Shown: positions 15,839-25,461, numbered from the stretch's first letter. The stretch is DNA of 32,000 nt from Kiritimatiella glycovorans (GCF_001017655.1 NZ_CP010904.1:2850001-2882000); one strand, 5' to 3'. Program-made: numbers and translations. Notes: generated by a model not told the origin, from the letters alone.

Positions 15839-17719
15839 ATGAGGAAACGGATAATCATCGTCTGTGCCGGTGCGATCGGCGTACTCAGCGCAGCCAGCCA
15901 TGCCGCGGATGCGGCGGACGAACGGGATATTATGGAACCCGCCGCCGTGAAGGCCGTGCTGAAGAAAGTGGCCGACTGGCAGCTGCAGCCGGAGAACGGG
16001 AGACATCATCCCCTGCGCTGGATGAACGGCGCTCTCTATGTGGGCATGCTCGAATGGGCGCGCATTGCCGATACGTACCACTACTTCGCGGCACTGCGGG
16101 ATATCGGCGAGGAGCACAGCTGGAGTCTTCTGCCCCGGACGTATCACGCCGATGACCACACGGTCGCCCAGATGTATCTGGAGCTCTACAGGATACACCG
16201 GGATCCCGCCATGCTTGAACCGACCCGTTCGCAATTCGATGAAATCATCGCCCATCCGCCCGAACTCGACCGCCATCGCTGGTGGTGGTCCGATGCACTC
16301 TTCATGTCACCTGCGGTATGGGTCAAGCTGCACGCCATTACGGGGGATGAGAAGTACCTCAGGTTCATGGATCAGGAATACGCGTGGACGACCGATATGC
16401 TGTACGACGAGGAGGCCTCGCTCTACTTTCGCGATCGGAATTACCTGTATCCCGCACACCAATCGGAAAACGGCAGAAAGGTTTTCTGGAGCCGTGGGAA
16501 TGGCTGGGTATTCGGGGGGCTGGTAAACGTCCTCAGCGACCTGCCCGAAGACTGGCCCACACGCCCCAAGTACGAGCGTATTTTCACGGACATGGCCGCG
16601 TCACTCAAGCGCATCCAGCAACCCGACGGCTACTGGCGCACCAACCTCGGCGATCCGGATGAATATACCGACCCCGAAACCAGCGGCACCGGCTTCTTTG
16701 TCTATGGCCTGGCATGGGGCATCAACCACGGGTATCTCGACCGGGAGACGTACCTGCCCACGGTCGAAAAAGGCTGGAAGGCGCTGGTCAAGGCCGTCCA
16801 GCCCGGCGGCAGGCTGGGTTTTGTGCAGCCCATCGGCGCCGCACCGACGGGTGGCCTCACCGCCCAGCAAACCGAAGTGTACGGCGTCGGCGCCTTCCTC
16901 GCCGCGGGCTCACAGGTCTTTCGCCTGCTCGAGGACCCGTCGGCCTCGCCCTGTTTTGCCCGCTTCGTGCCCGAGCGCATGGATGATTTTGCATGGGAGA
17001 ACGATCGCATCGCCTTCCGCATGTACGGTCCGGCGCTGTGGAACAGCCCCGGGGAACGCTGCGGGAGCGGCATCGATGTCTGGGCGAAGAGGGTCCGCTA
17101 CCCCATCATCAACAAGTGGTATAAACACGGCGACTATCACCGGGATCTCGGCGAAGGACTCGACTTCTACAAGGTCGGTAAAACGCTGGGCTGCGGCGGA
17201 CTGGGCTACTGGGTCGAAGACACCCTCGTTCCCGGCGATCACTTTGCCTCGTACAAGGTGCTGCAGGGCAGCGGCGATGAAATTGCATTCGAACTGCACT
17301 ATGCGCCCAAAACCATCGGCCGGGCCACCGTGACCGAAATCAAGCGCCTCTCCATGCAGGCAGGACGCAACCTCTTCACCGCACAGAGTACCTTCAGAGT
17401 GGAAGGCGCCGACTCCATTACCGCGGCCGTCGGCATTGTCCTGCGCGATGATCAGGGTCGGCTTGAACATGGCGAGAACTGGATCAGCTACGCCGGCCCG
17501 GAAACCCGGGGCAAAGGCCGCATCTTCTGCGGCGCGGTCCTGCCGAACCGTGCCGAGTTCAAGCGGGCCGACGGCCATGCTCTGCTCCTGCAGCCGATCC
17601 GGGATGGCGACACCTTTACGTATAGGGCTGGCGCTGCCTGGAGCCACGGGCTCGATTTCAGGACCGAGGACGAGTGGTTGACGTATATAAAGCGGCAGGC
17701 CGCCGGTTCGGCGAACTGA
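15839..17719 (+). CDS. Exported unsaturated rhamnogalacturonyl/glucuronyl hydrolase (GH105/GH88-like) fused to a DUF4861-like C-terminal domain
   Basis: The signal peptide is MRKRIIIVCAGAIGVLSAASHAADA. GH105-type motifs are WWWSDALFMSP, FWSRGNGWVFGGL and PETSGTGFFVYGLAWG. From about residue 365, FVPERMDDFAWENDRIAFRMYGPAL...GIDVWAKRVRYPIINKWY matches my recollection of DUF4861 proteins found in pectin/uronate loci. Confidence 0.75.
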   Translation: MRKRIIIVCAGAIGVLSAASHAADAADERDIMEPAAVKAVLKKVADWQLQPENGRHHPLRWMNGALYVGMLEWARIADTYHYFAALRDIGEEHSWSLLPRTYHADDHTVAQMYLELYRIHRDPAMLEPTRSQFDEIIAHPPELDRHRWWWSDALFMSPAVWVKLHAITGDEKYLRFMDQEYAWTTDMLYDEEASLYFRDRNYLYPAHQSENGRKVFWSRGNGWVFGGLVNVLSDLPEDWPTRPKYERIFTDMAASLKRIQQPDGYWRTNLGDPDEYTDPETSGTGFFVYGLAWGINHGYLDRETYLPTVEKGWKALVKAVQPGGRLGFVQPIGAAPTGGLTAQQTEVYGVGAFLAAGSQVFRLLEDPSASPCFARFVPERMDDFAWENDRIAFRMYGPALWNSPGERCGSGIDVWAKRVRYPIINKWYKHGDYHRDLGEGLDFYKVGKTLGCGGLGYWVEDTLVPGDHFASYKVLQGSGDEIAFELHYAPKTIGRATVTEIKRLSMQAGRNLFTAQSTFRVEGADSITAAVGIVLRDDQGRLEHGENWISYAGPETRGKGRIFCGAVLPNRAEFKRADGHALLLQPIRDGDTFTYRAGAAWSHGLDFRTEDEWLTYIKRQAAGSAN

Positions 17720-17835
17720 ATCCGGGGTTGGCTGAGCCCTGTTTACATGAGGGGGCGCGTAGGTCGTACACGAATAGAAGATCCGCGCGGGATGGCAGGA
17801 ATAACGAAATGATCGTGAAAAATGGGAGGGAGCTG

Positions 17836-19899
17836 ATGAGCAGGGGACGAGAGGTGAGAATAGCCGGTCTGGCTGCGCTTATGGTCGCGATGAGCGGTGC
17901 TGCCGCCCTGTCAGATCCCGCGGCCTGGATCCGTTTCGACCCCGAGAACTCAAAACAGTATCACGGACGAACGTATCATTTCCTCGGAGATGCGCCGCTC
18001 TATGTGAAGGTCGCCGCGGCCCCGAAAGAGGATGCCGTTCTGGATTTATTGTGGGGCGCGAAAAACGATCAGCGTGTCGCTATACTCAAGGCCGGCGATA
18101 CGGAACAGCGGGTCAGAGCGGGAGGGTATGACGGGTTTCGCTGGCAACGGGTGGAGCTGGACCCGCCGAAAGGGAAAGAGGAATGGCTGGTTGAGTTGCG
18201 GGCGGCGAACGGGAACGACGCTCCGGCCTTTCTGGCGGCGCTTCGTCTGACGTCCTCCCGCACCGCCCCGAACGAAGCATTGCCCGATGCGGCGTCAAAG
18301 TTCATGCAGCTCTGCGAGCCGCCTCCATCAGGCCTCGATCGCTGGGCTCAGGAACTGCAGGACCAATCGCTCGCCGTCGAACGGCGTGCGCTCATTCATG
18401 GACTCCAGGCATCGGAAGCCCTGCGGCGATGCCGCAAGTTCGTCGACGGCTGGGCCGCTCACTGCGACCCGAAGACCGGCCTGGTTCCGCGCAATCTGCG
18501 CCACGATAAATACCTGTGGAACGGCCAGGACTCTGCCGCCGATAACTATCCCTTCATGGTGCTGACCGCCGCCCTGACCGATCAGGAACTGTACAAAGGG
18601 AGGATGCTGGACATCCTCAGAACGGAAGAAAAGGTGGCCACCCTCAGAGGAGGTCTGCCCGCGGATTATGATTTCCGGAAACAGGATTACCGCAACAAAG
18701 AGACCCCTCTGTCCGCCCTGATCTTTGCAGGATCAGAGTATGTAAAAGACGGCCTGATGCCGATTACCGAATGGCTGGGCGATTCTCCATGGTCCGAACG
18801 CATGAAGGGCATCATCGACAGCATCCTCCGGCAGGCTGAATACGAGACGCCTTACGGAAATATCCCGTCCGGCAACATCGAGGTCAACGGAGAGATGATG
18901 CAGGTGCTCAGTCGCCTCTGCTTCCGCTATAACAACAGCACGTATCTCGATATGGCGTGCCGAATCGCCGATTACTACCTGTTGGGAGATCGGCATCCGA
19001 CCCGTGATGCCGAACTGCTGCATCTGCGTGACCACAACTGTGAACTGATCTCCGGGCTGACCGAAGTCTACGCGGCCTGCCATTTCCTTCGGAAGGAGAA
19101 GGCAACGCAATACAAACAGCCGATTCACTGGATGCTGGATGATATTCTCAAGGTCGGAGTGAACGAACACGGGCTGATGTACCAGGCGGTTAACCTGCGT
19201 GACGGATCGATTGTCAACCAGACGATCCACGATAACTGGGGCTACAACTACAATGGATTCTATACCGTCTATCTTTTGGATGGAGACCGGAAATACCGTG
19301 AGGCGTGCCGCTTCGCCCTGTCCAGCCTGAAGGAGCACTACTGGAAGCATAAGTGGCAGGGGTTGATTGCCGACGGGATTGCGGATTCGGTGGAAGGGGC
19401 GCTTAACCTGTTCAATCGTGAGCCGGATGCAGAAGGCGTGCCGATGTGGATCGATGCGAACATCAATTGGATGCTGGATATGCAGAAACCGGATGGCGTC
19501 ATCGAAGGCTGGCATGGCGACGGGAATTATGCGCGAACCGCCATTATGTGGGCTCTGTGGAAACAGCAGGGTGCAACGATCCGCCCCTGGCGCGAGGATG
19601 TTAAGCTGGGCGCGGTTCGCGAGGGGAACAAGGTTACGTTTGTGCTGAGGGCGGATGCGCCGTGGAAGGGAACCCTCAGGTTTGACCGACCGCGTCATGC
19701 GGAGTTCATGCATTTGCCGCTCGATTATCCGCGCATCAATCAGTTCCCGGAATGGTATACGATAGATAGAACCGAGCGCTACTCCGTGTCCCTGCAGAAT
19801 CGGGAAGCCAAAAGCTATACCGGCGTTGACCTGATGCAGGGGCTGCCCCTGGAGCTGGGGGCGGGAGAGACTTGTTTATTGAGGGTTATAGAGATATAG
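17836..19899 (+). CDS. Exported protein of unknown function; N-terminal beta-rich region plus a large helical, possibly (alpha/alpha)-barrel-like, region. Candidate carbohydrate-active enzyme by context only.
   Basis: Long ORF in frame with 17674-19899. The preferred start is ATG 17836 (gggaggg RBS 5 nt upstream), giving MSRGREVRIAGLAALMVAMSGAAALS, which is signal-peptide-like. I recognise no family motif. Tandem aromatic-rich blocks occur (DNWGYNYNGFYTVY, GWHGDGNYARTAIMWALW). It is the last gene of the uronate locus. Confidence 0.55.
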   Translation: MSRGREVRIAGLAALMVAMSGAAALSDPAAWIRFDPENSKQYHGRTYHFLGDAPLYVKVAAAPKEDAVLDLLWGAKNDQRVAILKAGDTEQRVRAGGYDGFRWQRVELDPPKGKEEWLVELRAANGNDAPAFLAALRLTSSRTAPNEALPDAASKFMQLCEPPPSGLDRWAQELQDQSLAVERRALIHGLQASEALRRCRKFVDGWAAHCDPKTGLVPRNLRHDKYLWNGQDSAADNYPFMVLTAALTDQELYKGRMLDILRTEEKVATLRGGLPADYDFRKQDYRNKETPLSALIFAGSEYVKDGLMPITEWLGDSPWSERMKGIIDSILRQAEYETPYGNIPSGNIEVNGEMMQVLSRLCFRYNNSTYLDMACRIADYYLLGDRHPTRDAELLHLRDHNCELISGLTEVYAACHFLRKEKATQYKQPIHWMLDDILKVGVNEHGLMYQAVNLRDGSIVNQTIHDNWGYNYNGFYTVYLLDGDRKYREACRFALSSLKEHYWKHKWQGLIADGIADSVEGALNLFNREPDAEGVPMWIDANINWMLDMQKPDGVIEGWHGDGNYARTAIMWALWKQQGATIRPWREDVKLGAVREGNKVTFVLRADAPWKGTLRFDRPRHAEFMHLPLDYPRINQFPEWYTIDRTERYSVSLQNREAKSYTGVDLMQGLPLELGAGETCLLRVIEI

Positions 19900-19944
19900 A
19901 GCGCCGTGAACCTGATCTGTTCTTGAAAACAGGTCACGCCCGGG

Positions 19945-20961
19945 CTACAGCAGCCCGTCCTGCCGCGGGGGCGGGGTGAGGCCGAATCGGTGCCAGGTGT
20001 GCTCGGTGGCGACGCGGCCCTGGGGGGTGCGCTTGAGGTAGCCTTCGCGGATCAGGAAGGGTTCGTAGACCTCTTCGAGCGTGCCCTGTTCCTCGCCGAC
20101 CGAGACCGCGATCGATCCCAGACCGACGGGGCCGCCGGAGAACTTCTCCAGGACCGTGGTCAGAATCTTCTTGTCCATTTCGTCGAGGCCGTTTTCGTCG
20201 ATGTCGAGCAGCCCGAGCGCGCGGTCGGCGGTCTCGCGGGTCACGCGGTTGTCGGCCCTGACCTGGGCATAGTCGCGCACGCGACGCAGGAGGTTGTTGG
20301 CGACGCGCGGCGTTCCGCGCGCGCGGCCGGCGATCTCCAGCGCGCCTTCCTCCTCGATCTCCACGTCGAGCAGCCGCGCGGAGCGGCGGATGATCTCGGC
20401 CAGCTCCTCGCGCGGATAGTAGTCGAGCCGGTTGGACAGGCCGAAGCGGGAACGCAGCGGGGCGGAGAGCAGGCCGCTGCGCGTGGTGGCGCCGACGAGC
20501 GTGAACGGAGGGAGGTTGAGCCGCACCGAGCGCGAGTTGGGGCCCTGGTCGATCATGATGTCGATCGCGAAGTCCTCCATGGCCGAGTAGAGGTATTCCT
20601 CGACCGTCTTCTGCATACGGTGAATCTCGTCGATGAACAGGATGTCGCCGCGTTCGAGATTGGTGAGCAGGCCGGCCAGATCGCCGGGCTTGTCGACCAC
20701 CGGGCCGGAGGTGGCGCGCAGATCCACCCCCATCGCATCGGCGAGGATGTGGGCCAGCGTGGTCTTCCCGAGTCCGGGCGGGCCTGAGAGCAATACGTGG
20801 TCGAGGACATCGCCGCGCTCGCGCGCGGCCTGCACGAACAGTTCAAGCCGTTCGCGAATCTTTCCCTGACCTACGAAGTCGGTGAAGGTATGCGGCCGCA
20901 GCCGCACATCCAGTTCGGCGTCCGGCTGTTCGAAGGGGGTGATGCCGTGTTCTTCGGTCAT
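19945..20961 (-). CDS. ruvB: Holliday junction branch migration DNA helicase RuvB
   Basis: LRP..F.DF.GQ....E.L..F..AA..R...[18 protein letters not shown] (Walker A), DEIHR (Walker B/sensor) and the RuvB C-terminal winged helix ...[12 protein letters not shown]. Confidence 0.95.
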   Translation of the reverse strand: MTEEHGITPFEQPDAELDVRLRPHTFTDFVGQGKIRERLELFVQAARERGDVLDHVLLSGPPGLGKTTLAHILADAMGVDLRATSGPVVDKPGDLAGLLTNLERGDILFIDEIHRMQKTVEEYLYSAMEDFAIDIMIDQGPNSRSVRLNLPPFTLVGATTRSGLLSAPLRSRFGLSNRLDYYPREELAEIIRRSARLLDVEIEEEGALEIAGRARGTPRVANNLLRRVRDYAQVRADNRVTRETADRALGLLDIDENGLDEMDKKILTTVLEKFSGGPVGLGSIAVSVGEEQGTLEEVYEPFLIREGYLKRTPQGRVATEHTWHRFGLTPPPRQDGLL

Positions 20962-20970
20962 GGTCGTGTC

Positions 20971-21561
20971 TCAGCCCGCCAGGGCATGGCGGACGATTTC
21001 CTCCACGGTGGTCTGCTCGGTAATGTCCTTTTCCGCGGCGCGCAGCATTTTGCGCGCCTGGTCCTCTTTGTAGCCCAGCGAGACCAGCGCGAGCGCGGCA
21101 TCGCTCATGCGCGTATCGCCCCCCGAGGCTTCACCGGACACCGCTTCGAATTTTTCGCCGGCGGTAAACTTGTCGCGCAGTTCCAGCACCATCCGTTCGG
21201 CGGTTTTCTTGCCGATGCCGGAGATGGTGCCCAGACGTTTCGCGTCACCCTCCACCAGCGCGCGCTTCAATTCGCGGGGCGGCAGGCCGCTCAGGACGCT
21301 TATGGCGAGCTTCGGCCCCAGGCCGGTGACCCCGATCAGACGCTCGAAGAGATCCTTTTCCTCTTCCGTCCCGAAGCCGAAAAGCAGGTGCGCGTCTTCC
21401 CGCACATGATCGTGTATCAGGACGCGGCAGCGCTCGCCGAGCCGCGGAAGACGATCGTACGTGCCGAGCGGGATAAACACCTCGTAGCCGACCCCGCCCG
21501 CGTCGACCACGGCGCGGGTGGGGGCTTTGTCGCAGAGCGTGCCGTCCAGAAAAGCGATCAT
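20971..21561 (-). CDS. ruvA: Holliday junction DNA-binding protein RuvA
   Basis: MIAFLDGTL........VVDAGGVGYEVFIPL.TY, the HhH motifs (LI.V.G.GPK.A..VLS ... L..I.GIGKKTAERM.LEL) and a position directly upstream of ruvB. Confidence 0.95.
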   Translation of the reverse strand: MIAFLDGTLCDKAPTRAVVDAGGVGYEVFIPLGTYDRLPRLGERCRVLIHDHVREDAHLLFGFGTEEEKDLFERLIGVTGLGPKLAISVLSGLPPRELKRALVEGDAKRLGTISGIGKKTAERMVLELRDKFTAGEKFEAVSGEASGGDTRMSDAALALVSLGYKEDQARKMLRAAEKDITEQTTVEEIVRHALAG

Positions 21562-21570
21562 GGAGCGTGA

Positions 21571-21695
21571 GTGTATCAGGAGAGGGAGAGAGGGGGAAGG
21601 GGATTCACATGAAGAGCATGAAGGTGAGTTGAGGGGGGGGACGTAATCCGTACTCGCACTCGTACTCGTACTCGGACTCGGAGCGCCGAAGGCGC
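21571..21695. repeat. Intergenic word-repeat element, locus X (related to 30503-30668)
   Basis: Contains gtgagtgtatcagg, then catgaagagcatgaaggtgagttgagggggggg (21608-21640). Five hexamers follow: gtactc gcactc gtactc gtactc ggactc (21650-21679). A gcgcc-GAA-ggcgc hairpin lies at 21683-21695. The same core, CATGAAGnnCATGAAGGTnnGTTnnGGGG followed by GTACTCG repeats, recurs at 30539-30613. Confidence 0.7.
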
Positions 21696-21819
21696 GATCC
21701 CATCCGTGTTCTCTCTTACGCTCGTAGTAGGCCCGCAGACCTGCGAAGCAGGGCCAGGGCCGTTATTTTCACGCGCCTTGCCTGCGGGGCAGGCTTGCGG
21801 CGCTACTACGTACTTTTCC

Positions 21820-22629
21820 TCACGCCACCGTGCGCTGTGTGCTCAGGGCCTCGTCGAAGCGCACGATCTGCTTCTTCATCCCGAGCAGGGCGAGGTAGAC
21901 GCCGAAATCGGGGTAGTTCTCGCGCAGCGCGACGAAGTTGGCGATCGGATCGTAGTTCCGGTCCTCCGGGGGAAGATCGTAACCGACACACTCGGCGACC
22001 AGATCGATCCGCTTGGACATGAAGGATTCCACGATTACCGGAACGCCGGCGTTGCGGAGCCAGTCCACGTTTTCGTGGCGGCGGATCACCGGCTGGGTGA
22101 CGATGAACTGCGCGCCGGCCTCGAGCTTGCGCCGGAGTTTGTCGCGCTCGGCGTCCTGCGGCTCGTAGTGATTGAACGCGACGCCGCAGACGAAATCACC
22201 CGGATGTTCGCGGTGGATGTACTCCATGAGTTCGACCGAGGTCACCGTCGTGCCCCCCGTGCCGAGTTCCCCGGGTTCCAGGCGGTGCATGCGCTCGGAA
22301 CCGTCGCCGCTGACCGCCAGGATGTAGCGCGCGCCTTTTTCCTTCATCTCGGCGAGAATGCGGTCGAGGTCCGCTTTGATGTGGAACGTGTTCAGGTGCA
22401 CCAGCACCCGCTCGGGCTTCACGTCCGCTTCAACGGCGTCGAGGGTTTCCATGGCCTCGAAACTCAGCATGCCGAGGGGGTTGTCGGTGATGCAGGCCAC
22501 CCAGTCGCGATCCATGGTGATGGCGTATTTTTCCGCGAACTTTTCGAGGTCGCCCTCAATATTTTCGCTCGCCTGCTTGGGCGTCAGCACCTCGTTGAGG
22601 AACCGTCCGGGTTCAAACCAGTCTTTCAT
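21820..22629 (-). CDS. Methylenetetrahydrofolate reductase-like protein (MetF/MTHFR family, short divergent form)
   Basis: The architecture parallels MetF: HLN.. (compare HLTC), YILAVSGDG (compare IVALRGD), VAFNHYEPQDAERDKLRRKLEAGAQFIVTQPV (compare AAYPE.HP.A..D...LK.K.DAGA...ITQ). The start was moved to ATG 22629 (MKDWFEPG, gagggggg RBS) from the track GTG at 22644. It lies downstream of fhs. Confidence 0.65.
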   Translation of the reverse strand: MKDWFEPGRFLNEVLTPKQASENIEGDLEKFAEKYAITMDRDWVACITDNPLGMLSFEAMETLDAVEADVKPERVLVHLNTFHIKADLDRILAEMKEKGARYILAVSGDGSERMHRLEPGELGTGGTTVTSVELMEYIHREHPGDFVCGVAFNHYEPQDAERDKLRRKLEAGAQFIVTQPVIRRHENVDWLRNAGVPVIVESFMSKRIDLVAECVGYDLPPEDRNYDPIANFVALRENYPDFGVYLALLGMKKQIVRFDEALSTQRTVA

Positions 22630-22674
22630 GACCACCCCCCTCACGCATTTCAGCGCGCATGTTTTGTCTTTTTT

Positions 22675-24438
22675 TCAGAAGAGTCCCTCTACTTTGCCCG
22701 TGTCGGGATCGACATCGATCCGCCGGTAGGCGGGATTGGACCCGGTTCCGGGCAGGAGTTTGATCGTTCCGGCCACCGGCACCAGGAAGCCCGCGCCCCG
22801 GTAGGTGAGGATATCGCGCACGGGCAGCGTCCACCCCGCCGGCCGCCCCTTCAGTTCGGGGTCGTGGGAGAGGCTCAGGTGCGTCTTGACCATGCAGGTT
22901 CCCATGGACCGGGCTTCCGGGTCGTTTTCGAGCCGCGCCAGTTTCTCCTCCGCGAGCGGTTCGAAGGTAACGCCGTCGGCGCCGTAGATGTCCCGCGCGA
23001 TCAGCTCGATCCGCTCGCGCAGCGGGGTCTCGAGTTCGTACAGGAAGCGGAAGTCGCCGGGCTCTTCCGCTGCGGCCTCGACGGCCTCGGCCAGCTCGCG
23101 CGCCCCTTCGCCGCCGCGCAGCCAGTGTTCGGAGACGGCGAAATAGGCGTCGTGCGCCTCGGCCACCTTCCTCACCACCTCGCGTTCCGCGGCGGTGTCG
23201 GTGTGGAATCCGTTCAGGCACACGACCGGCCGCACGCCGCTCCGTTTCACGGTCTCGATGTGCGCGGCCAGGTTCCGGCATCCGCGTTCGACCAGTTCGA
23301 GGTTCTCCTCTTTGTAGACGTCGTCGAGCGGCAGGCCGGGTTTCACCTTCGGTCCGCCGCCGTGCATCTTCAGCGCGCGGATGGTGGCGACGAGCACGAC
23401 GGCGTCGGGGGCGAGTCCGGAGTAGCGGCACTTGAGATTCCAGAACTTCTCGAACCCGATGTCGGCGCCGAACCCGCTTTCCGTGACCAGGTAATCGCCG
23501 AGCCGCGAACCCAGCCGGTCGGCGAGCACGGAACTCTGGCCGATGGCGATATTGGCGAACGGCCCGGCGTGCACGAAGACCGGCTGGCCCTCGACGGTCT
23601 GCATCAGGGTCGGATCGAGCGTATTGCGCATCCACGCGGTCATGGCGCCGTCGACTTCCAGATCGGCGGTCGTGACCGGACGCCCGTTCCGGTCGGTGGC
23701 GAGCACAATCTTTGCGATGCGTTCGCGCAGGTCTTTCAGGTCGCGCGCCACGGCGAGAATCGCCATCAGTTCGCTGGAGACGGTGATCTGGAAGCCGGAA
23801 TCCATTTCCAGCCCGTCCATTTTGCCGCCCTGTCCGATGGTGATATTGCGCAGCGCCTGCGCGCAGAAATCGATGGCCCATTTCCAGTGAACCTGCCCGG
23901 GGTCGATATCGAGCCGCTTCAGGTTCGCGCGGGCCAGTCGTGCGTCGTCGTAGTTGTGTTCGTGCTGCATGCGTGCCGTCAGCGCGGTCATCGCCAGATT
24001 GTGCGCGTTGGTCATCGCGTCGATGTCGCCGGTCAGCCCGAGCGAGAACGGCGTGAGCGGGATGCACTGGGCCAGGCCGCCCCCGGCGGCGGAACCCTTG
24101 ATGTTGAAGGTGGGGCCGCTGCTGGGCTGGCGGATCGCGCCGACCGGGCGTTTGCCGATGGCGCCGAGTCCCTGCACCAGCCCCATGGTGGTGGTGGTCT
24201 TGCCCTCGCCCAGAGGGGTCGGCGTGATGGCCGTGACGTCGATGTATCTGGCGGAACCGGCCCCGGGCATCCGCTCGAGCACGCGGCGGTGGTCCACCTT
24301 CGTAAGCTGCCGCCCCATCGGGATCAGCTCTTCGGGGCGCAGACCGATATCCGCCGCCAGGCGGTCGATCGGGATCATCCGCTCCTCCGCCGCCTGCGCG
24401 ATCTCCCAGTCTTTCATTTTCGTCGGGTCAAGATTCAT
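22675..24438 (-). CDS. fhs: Formate--tetrahydrofolate ligase (formyl-THF synthetase)
   Basis: 587 aa with the motif run [22 protein letters not shown]...GK.....IRQPS.GP.F.IKG.AAGGG.AQ..P...F.L..TGD..A...A.NL. Confidence 0.95.
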   Translation of the reverse strand: MNLDPTKMKDWEIAQAAEERMIPIDRLAADIGLRPEELIPMGRQLTKVDHRRVLERMPGAGSARYIDVTAITPTPLGEGKTTTTMGLVQGLGAIGKRPVGAIRQPSSGPTFNIKGSAAGGGLAQCIPLTPFSLGLTGDIDAMTNAHNLAMTALTARMQHEHNYDDARLARANLKRLDIDPGQVHWKWAIDFCAQALRNITIGQGGKMDGLEMDSGFQITVSSELMAILAVARDLKDLRERIAKIVLATDRNGRPVTTADLEVDGAMTAWMRNTLDPTLMQTVEGQPVFVHAGPFANIAIGQSSVLADRLGSRLGDYLVTESGFGADIGFEKFWNLKCRYSGLAPDAVVLVATIRALKMHGGGPKVKPGLPLDDVYKEENLELVERGCRNLAAHIETVKRSGVRPVVCLNGFHTDTAAEREVVRKVAEAHDAYFAVSEHWLRGGEGARELAEAVEAAAEEPGDFRFLYELETPLRERIELIARDIYGADGVTFEPLAEEKLARLENDPEARSMGTCMVKTHLSLSHDPELKGRPAGWTLPVRDILTYRGAGFLVPVAGTIKLLPGTGSNPAYRRIDVDPDTGKVEGLF

Positions 24439-24441
24439 CGT

Positions 24442-25461
24442 CTAGATTTCCCCTTCCCTCGCCGCGGTGATGAAGTTCATGCCGAAATCGTCCTTTCCCG
24501 TAAGAAGATCGCGGGCCAGCGCGTATGCGCGGTTCTCCCTGTCGAGGGCGGCGAGCGCGCCCGAATTGATATGGGCCGGATCGACGATTCCGCCGTCCGC
24601 ACCCGCATCCACACAGAGTTGCGTGAATACCGTATTGATGAGTTTGCGTTTCGGCAGCCCGAACGAGACGTTGCTGAACCCTCCGGTGATATGAATCGTA
24701 CCGCCGAACTGCGTCCTCGCCGCCCGGCAGGCCTCGATGACCGCGGCTCCGTGCTGCGGGTCCGTGGCCACGGGCATGACCAGCGGATCGAGGTGGATGC
24801 GGTCGTCCGCTATGCCGCGCCGACGGAGTTCCTCCATCAGCGCTTCAAAATTCCGGATCCGGTCCGAAGCGTCGGCGGGCATCGTATCGCGACCCGCCGC
24901 GGAGGCGATCACCTCAGCGCCGCTCTCCGCGGCGAGATCGGCGGCATCCATGCGTTCGAGCGAGACGGAGTTGATCATCGGCCGCCCGCGCGACGGGTCG
25001 CAGGCGGCAATCCCGGCCCGCAGAACCTCCACGCTGGACGAGTCGATGGCCGGCGGCAGGGAGGACGCCTCCTGCGCGACCCCGCACAGCCACGTCATCG
25101 CGTCGGCGCGCACGGAAGGATCGGATGTATATTCGTCGACATTCAGATCGAGAAAATGGGCGCCGTCACGCTCCTGGCCGGCGGCCAGCCGGGTCAGGTA
25201 ATCCACGCCCAGTTCGGCCGCCTCGCCCGAACCGAGCATTCCCTGCGCGATCGCCACGGCACACTGCCGCACCCGCCCGCGGGACCAGAGGTCGCCTTCG
25301 CGGATCGCGGCGGGAATGGGCAGCAGGCGATCCCCGTCTTCGGCGCGGTAGCGCACGTAATGATCGCCGTCCTTTTCGACGACAAATTTCCCGTCCGTGC
25401 GGTACACCCTCGTGCAGTGCAGCTTTTCCCCAATCAGAATCAGCGCGTCGCGTTCGCTCAT
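24442..25461 (-). CDS. Pterin-binding (DHPS-like) methyltransferase; methyl-THF:corrinoid methyltransferase family (AcsE/MeTr/MetH pterin-domain-like)
   Basis: LILIGEKLH (compare IIGERIN), LDLNVDE, INSVSLE, IHLDPLV.PV.T, and ITGGFSNVSFGLPKRKLINTVFTQLCVDAGADGGIVDP (compare GLSN.SFGLP.R..iN..Fl..a...Gld.aI.dP). An insertion of roughly 30-40 residues follows the first strand. There is a 3-nt gap to fhs. Confidence 0.8.
   Translation of the reverse strand: MSERDALILIGEKLHCTRVYRTDGKFVVEKDGDHYVRYRAEDGDRLLPIPAAIREGDLWSRGRVRQCAVAIAQGMLGSGEAAELGVDYLTRLAAGQERDGAHFLDLNVDEYTSDPSVRADAMTWLCGVAQEASSLPPAIDSSSVEVLRAGIAACDPSRGRPMINSVSLERMDAADLAAESGAEVIASAAGRDTMPADASDRIRNFEALMEELRRRGIADDRIHLDPLVMPVATDPQHGAAVIEACRAARTQFGGTIHITGGFSNVSFGLPKRKLINTVFTQLCVDAGADGGIVDPAHINSGALAALDRENRAYALARDLLTGKDDFGMNFITAAREGEI

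Noticed and set aside
17674-17835. Track start of the 741-aa ORF, which overlaps the end of the GH105-DUF4861 gene
   Set aside because: The first 54 codons overlap the upstream gene and its intergenic region and lack an RBS. ATG 17836 has a gggaggg RBS and yields a plausible signal peptide, so the shorter model is preferred. ATG 17809 remains possible.
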